Positions 13,150-27,356 are shown, counted from the stretch's first letter. The stretch: DNA of 64,000 nucleotides from Octopus vulgaris (GCA_951406725.2 OX597823.1:42160001-42224000), one strand, 5' to 3'. Notes: generated from the letters alone by a model not told the origin. Made by a program: numbers and translations.

Positions 13150-13878
13150 TATAAGGCCTTTTATTGGTAATGGTGAGCTCTTTCTAAAAAGTGTTCATTC
13201 ATAATGTTTCTTCAATTTGTTCACCTTAAATTGCTGAATAGCCCAAAGTTTATTATACTCTGTCTTACAGATATTCTCATTAGAAAAAGTCTGAAGCCAT
13301 TAAATCAGGTGATCGTGAGGGTCAATTGAATTTAGAGTTTCTTGATCTGAGCAGCTTACACTAGTCACGCTCGATAATCTCCTGGTTTCAGTTCCTACAC
13401 AAGCTGCACTTTAAATGGAAATGAATTCAACATCCTTTAAATCCTTCATAGTGAGCTTTGGAATATGCCCAGCTACTGGACCCCACCTTTGGGTTGATGT
13501 TGGAGGCTCTTCTTCCATGTTCCACAGTGCACATTGAATGTTGTTCTAAGACCTCTCTGAATTTATCCTTCCTACACGTGGCAAATCAATCACAGCCCCT
13601 TGTTGTTCAAACTGCTGGATTAAGTTGAGTATCATGGTTGTCTGATCTGAAAATGATGAATGTAAGCTCTTTTGGTTAGTACAACTGATCATTGATTTTT
13701 ATAGACAAAATTTGGTTATTTTTACTTTAGAAAGAGCTCACCAATCATGAATTTCTCAATGATTATTTTCTAAGAATTGCATGTCACTAATTTGAAACAA
13801 AAAAAAATTGAAAAACATTAATTGTAAAATATTATTATAGCTTAAAATAGTCAAGTGACTTTTGGGCCACTCTGTGTA
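13150..13878 (-). pseudogene. Decayed Tc1/mariner-superfamily (DUF4817-type) transposon
   Basis: The minus strand has a TIR-like start CAGAGTGGCCCAAAAGTCACTT, then MILNLIQQFEQQGAVIDLPRVGR and N*PSRSPDLMASDFF**EYL*DRV (the WPPRSPDLxPxDFFLWGYLK motif). Confidence 0.8.
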
Positions 13879-14169
13879 TATATATATGTTTTGTGAAAAA
13901 CAGCAGCATTTTTCAGGTTTCCAATAGGGATTCTTCAATGATGCTGATCCTTCTTAACTGCTTGAATAAGGAGTTACTCTCAGATAAAAAAGAACAAATA
14001 TCACAGGGAAACTATAATTTAAAATTAAAATGAAACCAAATCATAGTCTCTATCAGTAGTTTTTTAATTGCTAATATTGGCACTTTCAGAAAAAATAATG
14101 TGCTTGATAATCCATTAAAAGAAGGCGAGTGAGACTTCAAGTAACATTTAACTGTTCTTTAGTATATAT

Positions 14170-14206
<37 letters not shown>

Positions 14207-14465
14207 ATGTAGTCACTGGTTACAGCCAGCCAGTCAGAAAGTTACCATTGGTTTCATGTCCATTGCTCTTAGCAATATAGGCAACCTACCAGACCTGCTG
14301 GACAGAGGCACATACACCCTTTACTAATGCAGGTAAGAATACAATCTTGGTCAGCTTGGTAGTAAAAGAAAAAGCCCTGAAACAAAATTGCAAAAACCCT
14401 TTCTGGGCAAGCTGGAGTTGTCTCTCTTTACAGATACACCCATACACACGCACTTACACACACTT

Positions 14466-14496
<31 letters not shown>

Positions 14497-15506
14497 CATT
14501 ACATAAATGTATACACACACATATATTCCTCTGTGTGTATATCTGCATGTGTGTGTGTGTACAAACACACCAACATGCTTATGTATTTGTTGTACTTTCA
14601 TTTTTCTTGCAAAGAGGACCAAATATGTTTGGTGAAGTTAATATAGTTCTATAAAGATTGATTACAGTCTTATAGCCATTACACAGATATTTTTTTTTTG
14701 CTCTAGCCAAGCGTTCTTCAGATGGCAATTCACAGAAGTAACCATTCTGAACATGGTAAGGAAATTACTTTTGTCATTTAGTACTGTGGGTAGATATATC
14801 TTTATATACAATTTCCTATGTGGTTCTATTAATGAACGCACAGCAACTTATACGTACATATAAACAGAGACACAAACACAGTGAAACGAAAGCTTTCAAA
14901 CAGCTAACTAAATTTAAAGTATTTTTGGACACACAATACACATCTTCCATCCATCTAGAGATGTAACAAGAATGCATACCATAAAAAGAAAGAAAAATGA
15001 AATATTAAAAAAAAAAAAAGTAGATGGGTTACTTAGGGTTAGGAGAGAAGAATGAGATAAGAGGTTCTTATAACGATGAAAACAAGAATAGCTGAGAACA
15101 AAGATAAAGGATTTTTTCTGAGCTTGTAATAGATTGAAGAAGAGGTGAGAATGATGATCTAAAAACATTATATAATAGAATGAGAAAGATGGTACTGGTG
15201 AGCAAACACACATGCGTGTGTGTGTGTATCTATCTATCGGTCTGTCTGTCAGTCATCGGTAATATTTCCCCATGATATGTTTTCGGAGTAGAAAGAAATA
15301 AAGGACTTGCTTACATTACAACACCTACACAATGTCAAGGCAGTAGATAGTAATGTACACACATGTATACAAATGTATGTGTGTGTATGTGAGAGACAGG
15401 ATTCTTTCGGTTTCCATTGATCAAGTTCCCTCACAAGGCTTTGATTGACCTGGGGCTATAGGAAATAACACTTGCCTAAGGTGCCCCCCCACACACACAC
15501 TCATAC

Positions 15507-15733
15507 TTAACCCTTTCATTACCAACCTGGCTGAAACCGGCTCTGGCTCTAGTACAAATGTCTTGTTTTCATAAGTTTTGTATTAAAATCTTCCACGAAA
15601 CCTTAGTCACAATTAATGTTCCTAACACTAGCTTAATGATAACTAAGCTATTTTACTAAATTCTTTGTTATATCTAAAATAATTGAGAGAAACATAGAGC
15701 ATCTCAAAATAAATACAGTGACGAAAGGGTTAA
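15507..15733. mobile_element. TTAA-flanked MITE (piggyBac-like)
   Basis: Ends are TTAA|CCCTTTCATTAC and GTGACGAAAGGG|TTAA. Confidence 0.8.
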
Positions 15734-16619
15734 GAATAGCAAGTGTATGTGTGCCCTGTCTCTGCACTCTGTTAGCCAGTATTCTTAGGAATGCTGTCAA
15801 GAAACGGCTTGGATTTCAAAATTCCCTTTAGTCTGATGTGTGAGTTTATGTGTGTACCATGTCATGACATTAATGATGGTTATAAATGATGTTGCTCATT
15901 TTCAGTCTTTCGTATGAAAACATATCTGGCCTTAGCAATATTTTAGCTTGCTTGAAAACAGGCGAGGATTGGAGACAGGAAAGGCATCAGGCCATAGAAA
16001 AGCTGCCTTAACAAATTCAATTTGTCCCATGTAGAGCATGGCAAAGAGGGCATCAAATGACAGCAATGAACATTCTTGCAGAAAGAACTTGAAAACTTTC
16101 TGATATGGTGGTAGAGAAGGAATGTGAAATATAAAGGAAATTCAATAAATTCATCGTAGTAACTGGTGCCGGACTTTTATAATTTACTCTACTCCTACTT
16201 TATCTTTGTCAACTCTTCTTCAAGAACACAACTGTCATACAAGCAATCATTAGCCAGTGATTGTTGTTACATTGATGTGAATGCTATGATGCTTCCTCGT
16301 GGCCATAATGCGAATTTAATCCTTCTGACCTCTGGGATTGAAGTTTTTCTCATTTTTACCTGCTAACTATCCAATCCCATGAATACAGCTTCCATTAAAT
16401 ATGTAGAAAGGCTGTTATGAGAAGGATTAATATTTAAGATATTCCTAAGAATCGTAAAAGAAACCAATGCCGAAGAATAATACATGACTAAAATATCTCT
16501 ACACTGGTTTTAGGTGAAAATTTAATTCCAACTGATGTGGCTGTTATGGAGATAGGTATTCCAAGGAGATAAAGAATTGCTTTTGGCTTCAAGTAAGACA
16601 GTAGAGAAGGCTGGGAGCT

Positions 16620-16979
16620 TTAATCCTTTTGATGCCAACTCGTCTGGGACTGCTTTTGGTTCTATGAAACAAGCGTTCGGTTTTTAAGTTATCTAAATGA
16701 AAACCTTTCAATGAAATTTCATGTTATGTTCCATGGAAATTTGGTAATAAAAGGATTAACTGTTTAGCATTTAAACCAGCCATATCAGGCCCATATATTC
16801 TACATGTTTTATGTTCAAACCAGCCAGATTCAGCCTCTCAGACTTATCATACAATGTCATTCTAAAAATATACAATTGAAATCTTGAAGCTACATGATAG
16901 ATAATGCATAATTAATTCAAACCCATCTCAATAAATAAGCATTATGTTTGACTGAGTAATCTGAATGCCAAAGGGTTAA
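16620..16979. mobile_element. Two abutting TTAA-type MITEs (16620-16759 and 16756-16979) sharing one TTAA
   Basis: TTAATCCTTTTGATGCCAA...TTGGTAATAAAAGGATTAA is followed by TTAACTGTTTAGCATT...AATGCCAAAGGGTTAA. The first is related to 32211-32702 and the second to 9783-9991. Confidence 0.7.
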
Positions 16980-17191
16980 TTAATGAAATTATCATTTAGA
17001 TGTGATTTATTAGCATGGCTGTATGATTGAGAAGGTTGCTTTGCAACCACCTGGTTCTAGGTTCAGTCCCACTGCATAGCACCTTAGGCAAGTGACTTCT
17101 ATATATACCCAGGATGATCAAAGGCTTGTGAATGGATTTGCTTGACAAAAGCTAAATGAAGCCTGTTGTGTGTGTGTGTCTCTCTCTCTCT

Positions 17192-17258
<67 letters not shown>

Positions 17259-17537
17259 GTAGGTGTGTATATATGTATATATATGCAATGGGGTGTTATT
17301 GTTCCCTTGTCTTGACATTGCATGTTAAGCTGTAAGCAAACATCCCTCTTTTACAAATAGCATTCATCATTTCCAATCTTCCAAGATATGTTTTGCATTA
17401 GGAAAATATTACCTTATTTGGAAAAAGGTAAGGGTTGGTGACAGGGAGGACATCTAGCCATACTCCTAGATATACAACCAGTAGCGTAAATACCCTAAGT
17501 ATAGTAGTACTCCTGGATATACAAACTGCATTTCATG

Positions 17538-17771
17538 ACTTTTACTTGTTTCAATCATTAGACTGCGGTCATGCTGGAGCACTTCTTTGAAGACTTTTTA
17601 GTGAAATGAAATGACCCCTGTGCAATTTTAAAGCTTGGTAGTTATTGTATTGATCTGCTTTGCTGAACCACTAAAATATGGGGACATAAACACCCCAACA
17701 CCAGTTGTCGAGTGGTGGTGGAAACAAACAGACATAAAGACACACACACATAGATATATACATATATATAC

Positions 17772-17815
<44 letters not shown>

Positions 17816-17982
17816 GATATGAGGGGCTTTTTTCAGTTTCTGTCTACCAAATCTACTCATAAGACTTTGGCTGGCCCAAGGTCAAAGCAGAGGACACTTG
17901 CCCATGGTGTCATACAGTGGAACTGAACCCAGAACCATGTGGTTGGGAAGCAAGCTTCTTACCACACAGCCACAGCTGTGCC
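17538..17982 (-). mobile_element. Family A SINE, older copy
   Basis: Colinear with the reverse complement of 7148-7508. Confidence 0.8.
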
Positions 17983-18743
17983 TAATATACTAAGTTATGT
18001 CTAATTATTTTGTATTTACACTTTTCAGTTTCTTTTTTATTCACACTTCATCATCATCATTACTTTAACACAGACTTTACGATGCTTGCATGGGTCATAT
18101 AGACTTTATCCTATGGCCAGGTGCCCTTCTTGTCACCAACACTCCCCTATTTCCAAGCAAGGTAATATTATCCCAATGGCTGGCCACGTTTTCACAGAAG
18201 ACTGTAAACAAGGCATTATGCTTGTCAGATTACCGCTTGACAACCAATGTTGATGTGTTTACATCCCTGTAACTTAGCAGTTTGGCAAAAGAGACCAATG
18301 AAATAAGGACTAGGCTTAAAAAAATAAGTCCTGGGGTTGACTTGTTCGACTAAAACCTTTCAAGGTGGTGCTCCAGCATGGCCACAGTCATGACTGAAAG
18401 AAGTAAAAGAATAAAAGAATACACACACACATACACAACACACATACACATACACACACACACACAAGTTGTTTTCTTTCATATTTATATCACGTTTACC
18501 ATGAACAGCATAGATGTATGATACTGTTATTGGAGTAAATGACTGTGTAAATATTTCATGGATGATTGAAAAACTTAGTCATGACTTATGCATTTGTGTG
18601 TTATAAGTTTTCACACAAAAGAAATATAAATTTACCTCGTTAACCCCAAATTTTTATTTATATAAAAACGATGTTGTAAAATAAATTTATGGGTTTTAGT
18701 GTACTACTGGTATTTGCTAACTTTTGTGGGGAATAATATACAA

Positions 18744-18901
18744 AGCGTAGGAGTGACTGTGTGGTAAGTAGCTTGCTTATGAACCATATGGTTCTGGGTT
18801 CAGTCCCACTGTGTGGCACCTTGGATAAGTGTCTTCTACTATAGCTTCAGGCTAACCAAACCCTTGTGAGTGGACTTGGTAGACGGAAACTGAAAGAAGC
18901 T

Positions 18902-18945
<44 letters not shown>

Positions 18946-19175
18946 ATATATGTATGTGTGTGTATATGTTTGTGTGTCTGTGTTTGTCCCCCCAGCATCG
19001 CTTAACAACCGATGCTGGTGTGTTTACTTTCCTGTAACTTAGCAGTTCAGCAAAAGAGACCGATAGAATAAGTATTAGGCTTACAAAGAATAAGTCGTGA
19101 GTTCGATTTGCTCGACTAAAGGTGGTACTCCGGCATGGCCACAGTCACATGACTGAAACAAGTAAAAGAGTAAAG
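18744..19175 (+). mobile_element. Family A SINE, near full length
   Basis: GCGTAGGAGTGACTGTGTGGTAAG head, internal microsatellite and AGTAAAAGAGTAAA tail. Confidence 0.9.
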
Positions 19176-21753
19176 TGAATATTGCAGGAATTGAAGTTAT
19201 AATATCTAGAGTTGCTTATAATTATCTTTGAGTGGTTATCTTAGTAAATATTGAATAACTTCAGATAGACATTTGACATCAATGATGATAGAAAGTTTAT
19301 TTAACTTTTGGGGTGCAAATGCTTTTGTTGCTATTGATGAAGTTGTTTTAGTTTCTATTTTATAATTGAATCAATAAAAATTTTTGCAGGTGCAACAAGG
19401 CAATCACTTTGTAACCAAATGGTTTTGGGTTCTGTCCAACTGCATGACACCTTGGACCACTCAATGCCTTGTGTTTGAATTTGATAGACAGAAACTGTGA
19501 GGAAGCCTGTCATCTGTGTGTATCTCCACCACCACTGGGCAACTGGTGTTGCTTTGTTTACACCTCTATAACTCAGATGTTCAGTAAAAAAGAAATTATA
19601 GAATAAATTTCAGACTTAAAAATAAGTACTGGGGCTGATTTGTTTGACTAACCCCTTCAAGGCAGTGTCATAGCATGGCCAAAAGCCAATTGCAGACATA
19701 AGTAAAAGATAAAAGAGAAATAAAAACTACTTACAGTGAGACTAGATAGTAGTGTTTATTAAAAACAAGAGATTGTAAATTATATGAAAATAGGCAAGGT
19801 TAGTGCAATATATTCAACAAGCTAGGTAATGGTCTAAGGCACTAAACTCAAGGGATCCACAAATATTGGATGTAAAATTTCTTGATTGAATTAAAACCAA
19901 GAAGGAGACCATGGGTGGTCAATTGTGGAACAAGGAAAGAAACATGACATGAGCAGGTGGGCAAGTGGGTCATATGGTATTATAACTGTCACATGATATT
20001 ACTGTGAAATATTTTAGATTTTATGCAGTAACAAAATTACTCAGTGATGTACATAATCATAAAAACTATAGATTTCTTGTCTGCAAGTTAGTTAATTACA
20101 GTTTTGTTTTTGCAGCTGCAGTTTCTAGTTTGTACAATGAGATTGACTGTTAAGGTTAATGGTAACCCCTTCCTCTCTTGTAGGAGAAATGGAAATGCAT
20201 CAAAATGCCCCCTCTCTCATTGTATGAGGAAGTGGAACACATTATAGGGTTGGAAAGAAGAGACACACATTGTAGGGTAGTTAAAGGTATAGAATACCCA
20301 GGTGCTTCTCCTGAAAATATGGTTGTTGTTGTTAGTGTAGGTCATCTCTGTCTAAGAAGATTTATGATCAAACACCTAGCAGTCATGACCCTCCTGTCTT
20401 TCTAATAGATGTATCAATGACTACATTAATATATAATGCGTACTTCCTTTCTCAAGAGTATTGACTATACTTTGAGAGAGATTTAGCTAGTATTTCTAGA
20501 AGATTGAGTGACCATGTATAGGCTTGTTCTCTTGGTCATATTCATCTTGTTTCCGTAGTTTCTGACAAACACGTATTTAATATGGCATTTAAATCCATTT
20601 ATCAATCTGGACAGTTGAAGATCTAGTGAACAAATGTTCCAATATCTGGGATATAATAAGAAAAGAACCTGTCACAATATATGTTGCTGGAAAATAATAC
20701 AATGTCAAATATTTAATATGAATCTGTAGAGGAATATCTTGAAGAAATAAATCATAAATAGGGTTTTAAATCTTGTCCCCTGACTAATATACAGTGAATG
20801 AATTTTAAATGGCATTTTTTGATGCCCTTATATCAGAGTTTATTGAATATGAGAGAAACTAAGCATTCGAAATACAGTTTGTTTATATATGTGGTTCTAC
20901 AGCAAATAAAGAATTAGGTAAATCTAATTTAGAGTTTATTGATGCATAAACATGGAGTTTACATTCAAAGCAAGAAAAGAAGCTATGAATATTTGAGAGG
21001 ATGCTGGATAAGAGATATCAACCGAGAAAATTTTATTATTTACGACTATTGAAATAAAGTAGATAATCTAAATGGATATCAAAATAAGTAGTTTCCAGAT
21101 TTTGTAAAACAGAAACTCTTACTAGATTTATGCGTTTACCGACATATGAACATGTGAAATGCTCATATTAAGATAAAGGACAGAGTATATCAAGCATCAT
21201 ATAATGTCATATCATTTTGAGATTATTTCGATCATGAAATTGAATTTTATCCTAAGCCACTTCTATAATTCCCCTTATTTTTATTCATGCTAGAGTTAAG
21301 GCACAAGACAGGAGCACATTTAAAGGTTGAGCTTAATTCATAAGTGCTCTCTTAATGGTATTTTGAAAAACTTAAAAGGATCTATTGGATCAAATAGAAC
21401 ATTGAAATGAGCTGCCTTTCTTGATAAAATACAGAAGAGGAAAATAAACAGTTCACTCATAAAAATGCTAATTTACAGAGAAGAATGCAGAATGGAAGAA
21501 TTATATCTAAACATATTTCTGAAAAATTATAGTACCTTTGAATGAAAAGAGGATTTTGGAAATATGTCACATAATTTGAAAGTATGTCAGATATTTTGAA
21601 AGTATATCAAATGTTTTGTAGGTTTCTTAAACTATGTCAGTTAGAATTGCTAGTTTATTAGTACCAAGATTAAATGGGTAGATTGTAAATGTTTTATGGA
21701 ACCATAAAGTAAAAAGTCAATTTACATGACAAGCCAGAAAATTTTGATGCTCA

Positions 21754-22204
21754 TCAAATCAAATCAAATCAAATCAAAACAAATCAAAATAGATGAACAT
21801 CAATGGAATTTGTATCTTTGTGGTACCAGTGCCGGTGGCACACAAGAAAACCATCCGAACGTGGCCGTAGCCAGTACCGCATTGACTGGCCTCCGTGCTG
21901 TGGGCACGTAACAAACACCATCCGATCGTGGCCGTTCGCCAGCCTCATCTGGCACCTGTGTCGGTGGCACATAAAAACACCATCCGAGCGTGGCCGTTCG
22001 CCAGCCTCATCTGGCACCTGTGTCGGTGGCACATAAAATCACCCACTACACTCTCGGAGTGGTTGGCATTAGGAAGGGCATCCAGCTGTAGAAACACTGC
22101 CAGATCTGACTGGCCTGGTGCAGCCTTCGGGCTCCCCAGACCCCAGTTGAACCGTCCAACCCATGCTAGCATGGAAAGCGGACGTTAAATGATGATGATG
22201 ATGA
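21754..22204 (+). mobile_element. RTE-family 3'UTR element with ~62-bp internal tandem repeats and (GAT)n tail
   Basis: Starts in (AAATC)n, contains the repeats GGCACATAAAAACACCATCCGAGCGTGGCCGTTCGCCAGCCTCATCTGGCACCTGTGTCGGT, and ends with sequence shared with 37570-37766. Confidence 0.85.
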
Positions 22205-22474
22205 TTCTTGCCAATAGCATCAGTTATAGGATTCCCTTGACACACTTTGGTTAAAATGAATTCACTTTCTGATTCTAGTCCCTTTTTGTAATGTTGGCTC
22301 ATCTCTTTAGACTCTTCAGTATGAGACTTGAAAATTATTCAAATATAACCTGATAATTGAAACATGGATTTACTGTATATTGATAAGATTCTTTAACACT
22401 GGACCAAATCATTTTTGATTGATTATTCTTCAAAATTACTTATTTTTTGTAAATTTTATACATGGAAAAGTTAC

Positions 22475-22897
22475 AGGCATTGTTGTATGATTAAGAAGTT
22501 TACTTCCCAACAATGTGACTTTGGGTTCAGTACTACTGTGCTGCTCTTTGAACAAGTATCTACTATAGCACTGGGCCAACAAGAGCCTTGTATGTAAATT
22601 TGGCAGATGGAATCTGAAAAGATCTTGTTGTATATATGTACACATATGTGTATGTATATGTCTGTGAGTGTATGTAACTTTAACCTGACATCACATGATG
22701 GTTGCAAATGAGTATCACTGTCATACAAACAATACTGTTTGTTTTCAGTCTTCATGGAAACATGTCTAGCCAAGGGGAAACGAGTGAGGGTTGGTGGCAG
22801 GAAGAGCATCCAGCTACAGAAAATCTGCCTCAACAAATTCTTTCTGACCCATACAAGCATGGAAAAGTAGATGGTAAAACAATAATGATTATGACGA
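22475..22897 (+). mobile_element. Old SINE with family A-like head and RTE-type tail
   Basis: Head CAGGCATTGTTGTATGATTAAGAAG...GGGTTCAGTACT. Tail GGTTGGTGGCAGGAAGAGCATCCAGCT...ACCCATACAAGCATGGAAAAG. Confidence 0.7.
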
Positions 22898-25457
22898 TAA
22901 GGAAAAAAAAAATATCTTTGAAGAAAAACATCTATTTCAAACCGTAATAAGCAGGTGACTTAAGGCTATAAAATGAAAAAAAAAAAAAAAATTATAATAC
23001 ATTGCAGCTGAGTGCATTAAAGAAGCTGTGTCATACATTTTGTCTTTCCATTTACCTTTTCAAATAACAACAACTCCGTTAATGTAATGAAATCCTTGAC
23101 ACTTGTTGCATGCAGCTAATAGAAAAATAAAAGCATTCATTCTACAAATAATTTTATCATCTCCATAATTACCACTGCTATTAGAGAGAGAGCCTTAAGC
23201 CACTCAAGTTTTACTATTAGAAAATTAGAAAAGCTTTTAAAGTTTTTACTTTAATGTTTATATAAGCAGCAGTTGAGTGGATTAAGACAGAAGCCAATTT
23301 ATTACAAGTTTATAACTGCTTCTACTCATGACTAGCTATAAGATGAACGTTTGGACTGGACAACACCTTTTAATTCCTCGTTACCCTATGGATTCATTCT
23401 TTGCTGAAAGGAAAAGCTGGTGACTTATAATGGTAGACTTTCTATTAGGGTGCCAGCCATTCTTCAAGACTATTTTACGTTGCATTTTAGCAGCAATACT
23501 TAGAAGCAACTGTTTCCATTTACCATAAAAATACACTTAAAAAGGTAAAACACATCACAATTTATTTTGTTGCACATCATCATCATCATCCTCGGCATCA
23601 TCATCACTTCATCACCCTCCTTCTCCTCCTCCTCATCATTGTTTTAACATCTAATTTTCCATGTTTGCATTGGACAGATGCAACTTGTTGAGTCAGATTT
23701 TCTATAGCCAATTGCCTTCCTTTCACCATCCCTATACATACTTATATACATACATATATACACACACATATATACATACTTATATACATACATAAACACA
23801 CACACACACACACAAACACATTCACATGCACAAACACGCATACACATACATATTAAAGCAATATGATCGGTCTAACATAATCAGCTCTCTCCTAATCGCA
23901 CTAAACATTTGATTCTCTCCCGAATAAGAAACCCCCAAGAACAGACAGGTGAACTAACTTATTGTGTTTTATGTAGTGCTTTGCATTGCTGACTTAAAAA
24001 ATTCAACATTTGGTAAATTTTAGCTTTCATTTTTGTCCAGAATTTATAAAGAAAGTACCTGTAATATAATGGAGTTGATTATAGTTATTGTGTATTGCCA
24101 AGTTCTGCTACAAATAATAATAGTGGTGGTGAGGATGATGATAATGATGGTGATGATGGTTTTGATTGATGATTTCCTCTCCAAACAAAACTGACATCAT
24201 TTTCCTTGAAAATAAATCTGTATTATATTTGTGACAAAATAATAGAATAATAATATTTGTCTGACTGATAAAAAGTGTTGGTGTATGGCATTCACAGTTT
24301 AGAAATGAAATCAAACTCTCTCAGAGTTTATACTTTTAGAATAATATTTTAACATTTTTGATATTTTAAATCTCTGGACATTTTCTTTTCTGAGTAAGTT
24401 GAGAGTATTGTGTTAGAGGAACCATGTTATTTAGACTTCAATATATAGGTTACAGATAAACTGACTGTGTTGTCTTGTGCTGGCATAGAACTTATTTTTG
24501 TTCTCACAGTATCACATACTAATTGGCTTTAAGATTAAACTTTAGTCACCTTCCACAAGAAAAGTCCAGACGTTCTGCAATGACAAAAGATAGCACAATT
24601 TCAGATTGCTATCAGACTTGACACAACCATAAACACTTCTTGATGCAATATGTTAAGTGTGATCTCAAAACAGGTTCAGTAATTAACATATCTGGCTGTT
24701 GGATCTGAGTAAGTTCTGACTTCTATTTTAATTGTGTTGCAGCTCTGCTAAGAAAGATGTTAGAGACTAAACTTCAGAAGAATGTTTTATATATGTGTAT
24801 TTGCTTTACCAAACTTTCTAAAATGAGAAAACATTTGATAAAATAGAATTGAATGCATGAAATAATTGTTTCTAATTAAGTTTCAAGGCCAGTAGTTTTG
24901 AATGAAGAAGTTTAGTTGATTCCATCAACTCCAGTATAAAACTGGTACCCCGTGGTAATAATTGGAAAGATGAAAGACTAAGTAGACCATGACAAGATTT
25001 GACCACAGATTGTAAGGAGCTGGGACAAATACCACAAGGCCTTTTTTCTCATACTCTAACAATTCTACCAATCCTCCATAATAAAAAAGAAAGCAGGTGG
25101 CCTCTTGTTTAGGGTGTTGCTCTCAATTCTTGTAGCTTCAATTCTTGGACTGAGAGGTGTGTTGTGTTTGGTAAAACACTGAATTTCACATTGATCAGCT
25201 GTAAATGAGTAACCTAATGTCCATTCAGCTGTAAATGAGTTACTCAGTGACAGACTAGTGTCCTATTTGGGGGAACGTTGTGATCATGGTCACTTATAGG
25301 CCATGGAAACCAGGTAACTAGTACTATGATTCCTGGGGCTTGAGATTGTTTTACTGCAATAACAAAATCTGTACTGCTTTACTATTATAAACTCAAAGAA
25401 TAATGACTTTTTAGATTCAACCAAAATTGTTTTAGAAACTGTTTAGCTACAAAACCC

Positions 25458-25777
25458 CAGTTGATATTAAGAACAATGTATTTGTTTAGTAATATAAACT
25501 GTTATGTAAGAAAACAAAGCTGTTATGTAAGAAACTAAAAAAACTAAAAAGCCTTTTACATTAGAAAAGAACTGCTTCTTTAAATGAAAAACAGAACTTA
25601 ATACTGGTACAGATACTTTTTTTTTTGTAATTTTTGATAGCCAGGAAGTTACAAAAGTGACTCAAAGACTGAAAGTTTTCTGAATGGTAACTCTTAGAGC
25701 ATGAGTAACTTTTGTAATTTTCTACAAATTAAAAAGAACAAAAAGTGTGTCTGTATGTATGTATGTGTGTGTGTGTG
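25458..25777 (+). repeat. Left arm of ~320-bp inverted duplication (partner 30459-30778)
   Basis: For example, GCCAGGAAGTTACAAAAGTGACTCAAAGACTGAAAGTTTTCTGAATGGTAACTCTTAGAGC is the exact reverse complement of sequence at ~30535-30595. Confidence 0.95.
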
Positions 25778-27356
25778 TGATGATGATGATGATGATTACA
25801 CAAAAATATATAACAATAGAATACAATCTGAACAATCTTTCTTTTGTTAAAACAAATGGATTAAGCTTACATAGACCCTGCAGCATTTGTTTCAAAAAAG
25901 GAAACAAAATATTTTTATTCCAGTATAATTCATTCTTTGCCAGAAAAATTAGCCCTTCAAATTACTATGGTAACAACTGATAGAACGATATAATTTTTTT
26001 CTCAAACTTTACACTACAAACAGATAATTCCCTCCAGAATATAGATTTATGGTAATTAACAAATATCAAAACTTTACAACAGAAACACTTTGGTCAGACT
26101 TGTCTCAATAAGATTAGGTTTTCAATTTCTGGGAAAGATCAAACTTGTTTATGATGGTGAAAATATCTATTTTTTGGCAAAAGATCATATTAAATTGTTA
26201 AGATTGTTGAAGCTGTCTGCTCTGGTCTTGGTATCATACTTATTTGAAAATAATATTTAAAACAAATTGCTCTTGACCTTTGGAAGTTAATATTCAACAC
26301 TGCAACTTGTAACTGTAATAGCTAAATAAATCTTTAAGATAATTTCTGTGTTTGGAAAACAAGATTCCACGTGAGTTTTTTTGGTTATTAGGTAGAAAAA
26401 CTAACACAATCATAAATCTGTTTTGTATCAACTAATATATATAGCAATGTAGAAACTCTTTTGTCAGACTTTCTTAGTTTAACAAAATCTGAGTCATGCC
26501 TGTGTGATTGAGAAGTTCACTTCCAAACCATTTCATTGGTCCCCAGGCCAACTCCAGCTTATGAGTGGATTTGACCAAAGGAAACTGAAGGAATGTCATT
26601 GAATGTATGTGTGTGAATAAGGTTTGTTTCCTTTTGATTCCATATGTATGTTTGATTATAAACAATGGTTTCACAAATGGACCCTTTTTGCTTAAAAATC
26701 TACCGTGTAAACATGTCCAAGATGTTTGTTGTTTGGTAGAGTGAGATAGTATTATCACACTTAGAAAAGAGGGGGAGAATCCAGTCATTGAAAACTCTGC
26801 TCCAACATACTCTTGTCTGATCCATAGAAGCATGGGAAAATGGACATTAAAGAACGATGGTGAATGTATTATTGCTTATCTTCAGCCAACAGCAAAAGCA
26901 AAATACATTGTCAAATTCCTGATGAGGTGGAAAACATTCAGACATAGTAGGATACAAATTGCCTCTAATGACAGAAATATTTCAGCTTCCCGCTCTCTCT
27001 CTCCCCTTCTCCCTCTCTCCTCTCTCTCTACCTCTTTCTCTCTCTCTCTCTCATACACACATGATGAGCTTCTTTCCATTTTTTTGCCTACCAAATCCCC
27101 TCACAAGTCTTTGATTGGTCAGTGGCCATAGTCAGAAAAAACTTGCCTAAGTTGCCACAAAGTGGGACAGAACTTAAAACCTTATGGTTGAGAAGCAAGC
27201 TTCTTACCATACAGCCATTCTTCCACCTGTGCAAAATGTTCCATCACCCAAATGAAACCTGGTCACTGACACAATTCCTCTACATGCCAATTGAACAACT
27301 AACCTTAGAGTTCATGTTTAAAATTCATGTTTAAGTCTTGACCTAAACTAACAATA

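Noticed and set aside
21784-22188. Repeat units that might suggest a CRISPR array (also 37048-37500 and 40740-40935)
   Set aside because: They are head-to-tail tandem repeats without unique spacers, in eukaryotic retroelement UTRs, with no cas genes.
26919-26945. Other CTGATGA or TCATCAG hits (26919, 28184, 47894, 48571, 49710, 60912)
   Set aside because: None has a compatible stem I/II/III arrangement around a GAAA.
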